From contig JBHLPW010000106.1 of assembly GCA_048939015.1 (NCBI GenBank), positions 1 to 10,058 on the forward strand: 10,058 bases of DNA, written 5' to 3'. The translations under genes and the position numbers were made by a program. Positions 1 to 6,594 of the stretch are shown piece after piece. The DNA is from Promethearchaeota archaeon (GTDB taxonomy: Archaea > Asgardarchaeota > Lokiarchaeia > Sigyniarchaeales > SOKP01). Under the pieces are notes generated by a model that saw only the letters and a program-made list of their open reading frames with translations, did not search any database and was not told the DNA's origin. Positions within the stretch are counted from its first letter, which is position 1; each line of letters opens with the position of its first letter.

Positions 1-2
1 AT

Positions 3-533
3 TTAAGCTGATTTATTTATTTCTTTAGAAATCTGGATTATGTTTTGACTGGTTCCTTTTAAATAATTGGTAATGTCGCTGAAATGATACAATTTATTAT
101 ATGTTATAATAAAGATTATAAAGAAAATTCCAGTAATTTCGGTACTGATTACTAATGGGTCTGTCCACAATTTCCTAAGCCAATAATTCAATGGTTCTTC
201 TATGTAATAAAAATTATAAGAAATAAATGGATAAAATAGAGGAACAAATGGAAGATCCAATATGATATGGGAACTAAGGCCAATTAAAAAGGGTAGAGAG
301 ACCGTTTTATTTCCTTTAGTGAAAATATGGACTATTAAAAAACTTACAATTACAAAGAGTAAGTTATGAGAGAATAATCTTCCATCCGCTAAACTCAAAA
401 GAAATAATGGTTTATCAATAATATCTGGAAGTAACGCACCTATTATTAATGAGAATCTATTGATTTTATATTTCTTTATACGTGGAATTTCAGTTAATAT
501 TAAAGGTACAGCAATATGGAATATAGGATAAAT
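3..533 (-). CDS. Membrane-bound metal-dependent hydrolase, YdjM / LexA-binding inner-membrane (DUF457-like) family, about 176 aa
   Basis: The supplied ORF (3..398, TTG start) is truncated. The frame stays open upstream to a TGA at 542..540 and reads IYPIFHIAVPLILTEIPRIKKYKINRFSLIIGALLPDIIDKPLFLLSLADGRLFSHNLL...GLSSHIILD. This supplies the family motifs: N-terminal His, G-x3-PD-x2-D, R-x2-SH and SH-x3-D, set among hydrophobic helices. The start is placed tentatively at ATT 533..531; stop TAA at 5..3. Confidence 0.8.
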   Translation of the reverse strand: MYPIFHIAVPLILTEIPRIKKYKINRFSLIIGALLPDIIDKPLFLLSLADGRLFSHNLLFVIVSFLIVHIFTKGNKTVSLPFLIGLSSHIILDLPFVPLFYPFISYNFYYIEEPLNYWLRKLWTDPLVISTEITGIFFIIFIITYNKLYHFSDITNYLKGTSQNIIQISKEINKSA

Positions 534-555
534 ATATCGTCACTCTTTTCTTCTA

Positions 556-1812
556 TTATATCCGTATTAATCTAAAAAAGTAGAATAAGTAAAACACTAT
601 AAGAAATAAAGAAAAAAACTCTATAGCTAACTTTAGAGATCTCATCATTAAGTAATTATACGGGATAAGTTCTTCATGAAATAAATCCAATTTCTTAAAA
701 AGATCACTTATCTTTATAGTTCCCAATCCTTGAGAATTTGGGTCAAGATTCAAATCAAATCTTGATTTCTTAATTAATTCCAAAACAGCATCATATGAAA
801 TTTGAGGATCTAACTCTTTAATTAGTGCGATAATCCCTGCTCCAATTGAGGCAGCAACACTAGTACCAGTGACTTTAACTTGTACATTATTAGATAATGG
901 GACAGTAATATCTGAACCTGGTAAACAAACATCAGGTTTTATTCTATTATCTAGTGTTGGACCCCTACCACTAAAATTGGGAATTAAAAAATCTTTCGTG
1001 AGAGCACCAACTGTAATTACTCTTTCTGCTGCTCCAGGACTTCCTATTGTTTGTGAATCTGGACCAGAATTACCAGCAGGGCATACTATTATCGAGCCCT
1101 CTTTAGAATAGAGATTACATGCTTTAGATAAGACGTCCTTACCATCAGATGGCTCTTGCGATGAGAGGGATATTAAAAGAATATCCATTTCAATTTGATC
1201 TTCATTAATTTTATCAAATATATGTAAAACATCAGAGAAGTAATATTCACCTGTGGATGAGGTAAGTTTTAAATCAATAATATTTGCTTTTGGAGCAATT
1301 CCAATAAGGTTATCTTCGTCATTTCTGAAATGATTTTTTATAATACTTGCCATTATGGTTCCGTGTGTGATCATGTTCTCTGATACATTATTTACAGTTC
1401 TTTTTTTATATCTATCTGAAGAATCCTTCACACTAGAAATAGATGGAAATTTTGTATTAATTCCATCATCAATAATTCCGATATTGACTTTATTACCCTC
1501 GTAGGTAATATGGGAATTTTTATATTCATCTAAATCTAAAATCTCTAAAACATCCAACATTGAGAGATATAGTTTTTGATCTTCTTCAATTTGTTTTATA
1601 ATTTTCTTGTTTTCATATTGAACTATCGTTTCCTTCTCTAAATTTACATTAATAGAAGGAATTAAATCAAACTTGCTTAAAATTTTTAAATCTCTATAAT
1701 TTTTTATGAATTCGTCTCGTTTTGAGAGTGTTTCAAATGAAATTATTACCCGAAATTCATGATCATTTTGTAGGGGTTCAATTTTTTCTTTAAAGGGGGT
1801 ATAAATCGTCAT
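556..1812 (-). CDS. S8 (subtilisin-like, AprX-like) serine protease with N-terminal propeptide-like region and C-terminal transmembrane helix
   Basis: Catalytic triad motifs IGIIDDG (D115), THGT (H150) and GTSVA (S318); oxyanion PAGNSG (N248); GIAPKA, ITVGA and FSGRGPTLDNRIKPD blocks. Residues about 20-83 look like an I9-type propeptide ending IEEDQKLYL. Hydrophobic tail AIEFFSLFLIVFYLFYFF (aa 396-413). No N-terminal signal peptide. Confidence 0.9.
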   Translation of the reverse strand: MTIYTPFKEKIEPLQNDHEFRVIISFETLSKRDEFIKNYRDLKILSKFDLIPSINVNLEKETIVQYENKKIIKQIEEDQKLYLSMLDVLEILDLDEYKNSHITYEGNKVNIGIIDDGINTKFPSISSVKDSSDRYKKRTVNNVSENMITHGTIMASIIKNHFRNDEDNLIGIAPKANIIDLKLTSSTGEYYFSDVLHIFDKINEDQIEMDILLISLSSQEPSDGKDVLSKACNLYSKEGSIIVCPAGNSGPDSQTIGSPGAAERVITVGALTKDFLIPNFSGRGPTLDNRIKPDVCLPGSDITVPLSNNVQVKVTGTSVAASIGAGIIALIKELDPQISYDAVLELIKKSRFDLNLDPNSQGLGTIKISDLFKKLDLFHEELIPYNYLMMRSLKLAIEFFSLFLIVFYLFYFFRLIRI

Positions 1813-1821
1813 TTTTTTGAA

Positions 1822-3393
1822 TTACCATGGTCTTTTTAATAGAGTCGGCCTACTCATTTCAGATTTATTTGGATAATCTAAATTGTAATGAATTCCTCGA
1901 CTTTCTTTACGTGAAATTGCACTAACAATAATAATTTTTGCAACAGTTGCTAAATTTCTTAATTCTACTAAATTTTTTTCTATTTTAAAATCCCAATAAT
2001 ACTGGTTAATCTCATCTAACAATAAATTTATTCTCTTCTTTGCTCTTTGTAAACGCAAATCAGTACGAACAATACCAACATAATTCCACATAAATCTTCT
2101 AATTTCATCCCAATTCTGTGAAATTATAACTGCTTCTGTCGACGGAACAGCGTGTCCTGGTTCCCAATCAGGGAATTGTTTTATCTTTAATTCACTAAAT
2201 CTTTTTTTGAGAGTAATGCTACATTCATGAGCGTTGACTAGCCCCTCTAATAATGAATTACTTGCGAGCCTATTACTCCCGTGTAAACCAGTGCATGAAG
2301 ATTCACCAATAACATACAAATTTTGAACTTCTGTGGTCCCATCGATTCCTGTCATAACACCACCACAGCAATAGTGTGCAGCAGGGACGACGGGAATTGA
2401 TTCTTTAGTAATATCTATGCTATATTTTAAACATTCATTATAAATTCCTGGAAAATGCTCTTTAATAAACTCAGGGTCTTTATAGGAAGCAATATCGAGA
2501 TAAACATGGTCATCTCCGGATTTTTTGAGTTCTGCATCAATAGCCCTTGAAACTATATCTCGAGGAGCAAGTTCCTTAAGCGGATGATATTTTTCCATGA
2601 AATCTTTACCCTTAATATCTTTAAGGATGGCGCCTTCTCCACGCATAGCTTCTGTGATTAAGAATGATTTAGCAAAAGGATGGTATAAACACGTAGGATG
2701 GAACTGTATGAATTCCATATTAGCTATTGTTGCTCCAGCTCTATAAGCCATAGCGATTCCATCTCCTGATGCAATATCGGGATTAGTGGTATAGAGATAT
2801 ATCTTTCCAGCACCTCCAGTTGCTAATATTGTAGCCTTTGCTGCAATATTATGAATTTCACCACTTTCTTGGTCTAAAACATATGCACCATAACACTTAA
2901 AATCCTCGGCATATAGGTTAACAGCACAGCAGTATTCTTTTATTTCAATATTTTTCAATTTTTTTACATTATCGATAAGTTTCTTCTCAATAGTTTGTCC
3001 TGTCTGATCATTAACATGAAGGACTCTTCTTTGAGAATGACCTCCTTCTTGTCCTAGATCATATTCTCCATCGTCATTACGTGTAAATTCCACTCCTAAT
3101 TCTATTAAATCCTGTATTCTATCTGGAGCTTGAGTAATAATTGATTTTACAACCTCTTCTTCACACAAGCCATCTCCAGCTATTAATGTATCGTGTATAT
3201 GCTTTTCAAAATTATCAGTTTCATCCCACACACAAGCAATGCCTCCTTGAGCATGGAAAGTACTACTTTGATGTAAACTCTCTTTTGTTATCAATAAAAT
3301 ATTTGCATCTGGAACTGATTTAGAAAGGTTTAGTGCTAATGAAAGTCCAGATATTCCACTTCCAATAATTAAAAAATCGGTTTTAATCTTCAA
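1822..3393 (-). CDS. nadB: L-aspartate oxidase (first step of de novo NAD biosynthesis)
   Basis: FAD-binding IIGSGISG; SSTFHAQGGIA, which lacks the RSH covalent-FAD His of SdhA/FrdA; NadB-typical EGGHSQRRVLH; QFHPT; LITEAMRGEG; LAPRDIVSRAI; PAAHYCCGG; GLHGSNRLASNSLLEG; RKESRGIHY. 523 aa, TTG start. Confidence 0.95.
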   Translation of the reverse strand: MKIKTDFLIIGSGISGLSLALNLSKSVPDANILLITKESLHQSSTFHAQGGIACVWDETDNFEKHIHDTLIAGDGLCEEEVVKSIITQAPDRIQDLIELGVEFTRNDDGEYDLGQEGGHSQRRVLHVNDQTGQTIEKKLIDNVKKLKNIEIKEYCCAVNLYAEDFKCYGAYVLDQESGEIHNIAAKATILATGGAGKIYLYTTNPDIASGDGIAMAYRAGATIANMEFIQFHPTCLYHPFAKSFLITEAMRGEGAILKDIKGKDFMEKYHPLKELAPRDIVSRAIDAELKKSGDDHVYLDIASYKDPEFIKEHFPGIYNECLKYSIDITKESIPVVPAAHYCCGGVMTGIDGTTEVQNLYVIGESSCTGLHGSNRLASNSLLEGLVNAHECSITLKKRFSELKIKQFPDWEPGHAVPSTEAVIISQNWDEIRRFMWNYVGIVRTDLRLQRAKKRINLLLDEINQYYWDFKIEKNLVELRNLATVAKIIIVSAISRKESRGIHYNLDYPNKSEMSRPTLLKRPW

Positions 3394-3501
3394 TTGAGCT
3401 AATCTACTTATTTCTTAATATTCTTAGAATTTATTATTAATTACAATTAATTAAATTAAAGTTTTATTACAATTAAAATAAGGGAAAAATTCTTAAAACG
3501 A

Positions 3502-5913
3502 TTATTGTGTTAATTTGCTATTAATTTCTTTAATATTATTCTCTATAAAATCAATATATTGCTTTTGTTCCAGTTGATTAAATATTTTTAAAGCTTCTTC
3601 ATAATTTTGTAATGCTTTATGATATTCTCCTTGTTGATTGTAAACTTTAGCAATATTTGCATAATCCATACCCATACTCATTGGGTCATTTAATTGTTGA
3701 TCAATTTGTAAAGTTTCTTCATATCTTCTTAAGGCTTCATGAAAGTTCTCATTTTTTTCATAAATCCTTCCAATATTACTAAGACTAGCCGCTTTGTTAG
3801 ATAATTCTCCCAATCTATCAAATATCAAAACTGCTTCTTCATAATGTTTGAGTGCATTTGAAAATTTCTCTTGAGATAAGTCAATAGTAGCAATTTTAGT
3901 CAGAAGTAGTGCTTTTTTTGATAGATCTCCGATATCTCCAGCTATTTTTAACGCTTCTGAGTAATTTTCTTTTGCAAGAAGATAATTACCAATATTATTA
4001 TATATCATTCCAATATTGTTGAGATAAATTATCTTCATTAAAGGATCTCCCAACCTTTCTTCTATATCTAAAGCTTCCTTATATTTTTCCAAAGCTATTT
4101 CAGGTTCTCCTTGAGTTAAAAAAAATGAACCAATATTGTTAATACATCCTGCCTTTTTAGAAAGATCTCCTAATTTTTCTGCTATTTGTAATGAATCATT
4201 ATATTTTTCTAAAGCTTTCTCATATTCATTGTTATCATCATATACTCTTCCAATATTATTCAATAGGATTATTTTTCCATATTGGTCCCCCAATAGATCT
4301 GAAATACGCAATGCTTCCTTATAGTCTTTAAGGGATTCAACAAGCTCATTACGTGCTTTATGAATCATACCTACATTATTGAGTAAAGCAGCTTTACGAT
4401 TTAAGTCACCAACCTGTTCAGTAATTTTAATAGCTTCAACATAATTTTCTATAGCTAACTCAAATTCATTGCGAATCTCATATACTCTACCAATGTTATT
4501 CTTACAAGTTATTTTGCCAGATAGATCTCCCAATCGCTCTACAATTTCAAGCGCTTTATTATAATTATCAAGAGCTTCATCATATTTACCTATTGTGAGA
4601 TAAACCGAACCAATATTATTTAAATCTGTACTAATGGCAGATATATCCTCTAAATCTTTATCAATTCGATATGATTCCTCATAATACTGTAATGCAAGAT
4701 CAAATTTTCCAGTCATTTGAGATATCAAACCTAAATAATTGAGAAAGTAAGATCTTGATTCGATATCATTAGTTTGCTGAGCAATTGAAATTCCTTTTTC
4801 TGTGCACCTTATAGTAGCTTCAACATCCTTTAAATAGTCAAATAATTGGCATGCGAATTTGTATTTTTCTATAATTGGTATTTCTCCATAAATCTTCTTA
4901 ATCCATTCTGAAAAAGTTGATGTATCAATTTTTGTCCCAGTTAAATCAATTTCATTTATCGGAAGATAGGGTAAAAAAATTCTCCATAAAACATTCTTAA
5001 TAAATTTAGCCGTATTAGTTCTAATTAAGACACCATCGATATCGCAAATCTTACAAACTTCTGATACAAATTGTTCAATATAGGATGACTTTTCTTTATA
5101 CTTTAATATTTCATTCCTATTTATTTCAATTATCTTTGTTATGGAATCTTGACAATGTTCGATCCATATAATACGATTGAGAAAGGGCATTTCTTTTAGG
5201 GCAGGGCCAATATCAAAATCATCACTCCCAGAATATCCCATAACCACTAAAGTTCTGTTATTCATTAGATTGAATACAGCAGACTTTTTATAAGGCTCAA
5301 TAGCAAAAGTTTCACCTTCACCACGATCTTTTCCTAAAGCGCTTATAGTGGTTATTAGTGAATCTTTGGTATTCTTGCCTGTAATAATATTACGCTTAGA
5401 TCCATGAATCTTATAAACTGGGTACTGGTTTGATGCTATTAAGCTTTTCGGATCTTGATATATAATAAAATCTTCCTTGGTAATAACTGGAATAATATTT
5501 TGATGCCATTGCTTATCTAGAACTTGTAGTAATGCATGTTCAATCAAGTAGTCAAAATTAGTAGTTACAACATAATTGCCTCGAGTAATCGCATTGGCTA
5601 AAAATAAATGAATTAAATTTGGCTTATCAATATGCTCTAGATAATTTAAAAACTTTAATTCTTCATCGAATCTATATTGAAATTTTTCTACGACTAATTC
5701 AAATCGTAACATTTCTAATAAAAAAAGATTTTCTACTTCTTCAAAAGGTGCACACAATTCCAATAAACTCCGAACAATTTGAACAGCAGAGGGCATGTTT
5801 GTAGGAGCATCCATTGAAATACCAGCACCAACGAGAAAAGTATAGTTGCTTTTTGGTGAAAATAGTAATTCTAAATCTTTTGTATCTTCCCTAAAGTTTA
5901 TCTCATCTGCCAA
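3502..5913 (-). CDS. SIR2-like (SIR2_2 / ThsA-DSR type) NADase domain fused to a TPR array
   Basis: N-terminal FLVGAGIS (26-33), VVTTNFD (N119), KIHGS (H170) and LVVMGYSGSD (222-231) are the motifs of non-deacylase SIR2 domains. The C-terminal half has helical repeats at an exact 40-aa period. No Walker A motif seen. TTG start. Confidence 0.88.
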   Translation of the reverse strand: MADEINFREDTKDLELLFSPKSNYTFLVGAGISMDAPTNMPSAVQIVRSLLELCAPFEEVENLFLLEMLRFELVVEKFQYRFDEELKFLNYLEHIDKPNLIHLFLANAITRGNYVVTTNFDYLIEHALLQVLDKQWHQNIIPVITKEDFIIYQDPKSLIASNQYPVYKIHGSKRNIITGKNTKDSLITTISALGKDRGEGETFAIEPYKKSAVFNLMNNRTLVVMGYSGSDDFDIGPALKEMPFLNRIIWIEHCQDSITKIIEINRNEILKYKEKSSYIEQFVSEVCKICDIDGVLIRTNTAKFIKNVLWRIFLPYLPINEIDLTGTKIDTSTFSEWIKKIYGEIPIIEKYKFACQLFDYLKDVEATIRCTEKGISIAQQTNDIESRSYFLNYLGLISQMTGKFDLALQYYEESYRIDKDLEDISAISTDLNNIGSVYLTIGKYDEALDNYNKALEIVERLGDLSGKITCKNNIGRVYEIRNEFELAIENYVEAIKITEQVGDLNRKAALLNNVGMIHKARNELVESLKDYKEALRISDLLGDQYGKIILLNNIGRVYDDNNEYEKALEKYNDSLQIAEKLGDLSKKAGCINNIGSFFLTQGEPEIALEKYKEALDIEERLGDPLMKIIYLNNIGMIYNNIGNYLLAKENYSEALKIAGDIGDLSKKALLLTKIATIDLSQEKFSNALKHYEEAVLIFDRLGELSNKAASLSNIGRIYEKNENFHEALRRYEETLQIDQQLNDPMSMGMDYANIAKVYNQQGEYHKALQNYEEALKIFNQLEQKQYIDFIENNIKEINSKLTQ
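3574..4773 (-). repeat. Ten 40-aa TPR-type protein repeats (aa 381-780 of the SIR2-TPR protein)
   Basis: LNYLG/LNNIG/KNNIG/LNNVG/LNNIG/INNIG/LNNIG/LTKIA/LSNIG/YANIA start at aa 391, 431, 471 ... 751. Each is followed by A-x3-Y-x2-AL-x-I and LGD-like linkers. A degenerate unit precedes the array (341-380) and a capping helix follows it. Confidence 0.9.
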
Positions 5914-5920
5914 CCTAATT

Positions 5921-5927
5921 TCCTCTC
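5921..5927 (-). promoter_or_regulatory. Shine-Dalgarno-like ribosome-binding site for the SIR2-TPR gene
   Basis: The minus strand reads GAGAGGA-AATTAGG-TTG, a purine-rich motif 7 nt before the TTG start in an otherwise very AT-rich spacer. Confidence 0.5.
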
Positions 5928-6047
5928 AATTATAGAATCTGTATGTGCTATGTTATGTTTTAAATTTTTATTCCTTTTTGAATTTAATCAAAACTCTTTT
6001 TTGAAATGAAATTTTTAATTTCATTTAAGTCAACAGAAACATAAAAT

Positions 6048-6545
6048 ATGCTAATGATAAAACATGTACTTTTTTACTGTGCAGGAAATACATGTCGAAG
6101 TCCTTTTGCTGAAGCATATGCTAAGTGGTTGAAAAGAACTACATTTAAAGAGGAATTAGCAGAAGTAGAATTTGATTCTGCTGGAATCTATCATTACTAT
6201 AAAACTGCTCAACCTGGAACAGTTAACTATTTAAATTCAAAAGGAATCGATATTGGTAATTTTAAAACAAAAAAAATTGATTCACAATTATTAGAGAATC
6301 AGGATTTGATTTTAGGATTCGAACAAAAACATCATATAAACAAACTGAAAAGAAAATTTAAAAATATCAAAGGATTAGATAGTAAAGTCTTTTTATTATT
6401 AGAATACGCTGGAGAAAAAGGTAATTTAGAGATTAAGGATCCTTTTTATTTACCCCAAGAGGAATATAACAGGATTCTAGAAAGAATTGAGAACGGAGTA
6501 TCAAAAATTATTGAAAAAATTATTGAAAAAAATGAATTGGAATAA
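6048..6545 (+). CDS. Low-molecular-weight protein phosphatase family protein, paralog 1 (YwlE-like P-loop)
   Basis: P-loop C11-AGNTC-R17-S, DSAG, DLIL and general-acid IKDPFY (D131). It has only two Cys residues, so it lacks the distal redox Cys pair of thioredoxin-coupled ArsC. An alternative ATG lies at 6054. Confidence 0.9.
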   Translation: MLMIKHVLFYCAGNTCRSPFAEAYAKWLKRTTFKEELAEVEFDSAGIYHYYKTAQPGTVNYLNSKGIDIGNFKTKKIDSQLLENQDLILGFEQKHHINKLKRKFKNIKGLDSKVFLLLEYAGEKGNLEIKDPFYLPQEEYNRILERIENGVSKIIEKIIEKNELE

Positions 6546-6594
6546 TTAATTTAATTTAGCCATGTCTTAACTCATAAACTCAGAATATTCACAC

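Noticed and set aside
532-543. GTGACGATATAT (MTIY) before the hydrolase resembles the subtilase start ATGACGATTTAT (MTIY)
   Set aside because: The match is only about 10 of 12 nt in AT-rich DNA and does not extend further, so it is insufficient to claim a duplication or shared motif.
869-1111. 80-aa plus-strand ORF inside the subtilase
   Set aside because: Antisense shadow of the conserved catalytic region, with no recognisable motif.
1822-3393. Succinate dehydrogenase / fumarate reductase flavoprotein
   Set aside because: It lacks the covalent-FAD His motif, has the NadB EGGHS motif, and has no adjacent Fe-S subunit.
3574-4773. CRISPR-like or DNA-level repeat array (recurring CCAATATT and AGATCTCC words at 120-bp multiples)
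   Set aside because: Fully explained by the NNIG and GDL codons of the TPR protein repeats; there is no repeat-spacer structure.
3141-5804. Three short plus-strand ORFs (3141-3323, 4136-4324, 5619-5804)
   Set aside because: All are 60-62 aa, lie antisense within well-supported genes and show no protein-like features.
6504-6527. Perfect 12-bp tandem duplication AAAATTATTGAA x2 (KIIE-KIIE) at the end of phosphatase 1
   Set aside because: In-frame, low-complexity and within the terminal amphipathic helix. It is probably simple slippage or chance with no evident function.
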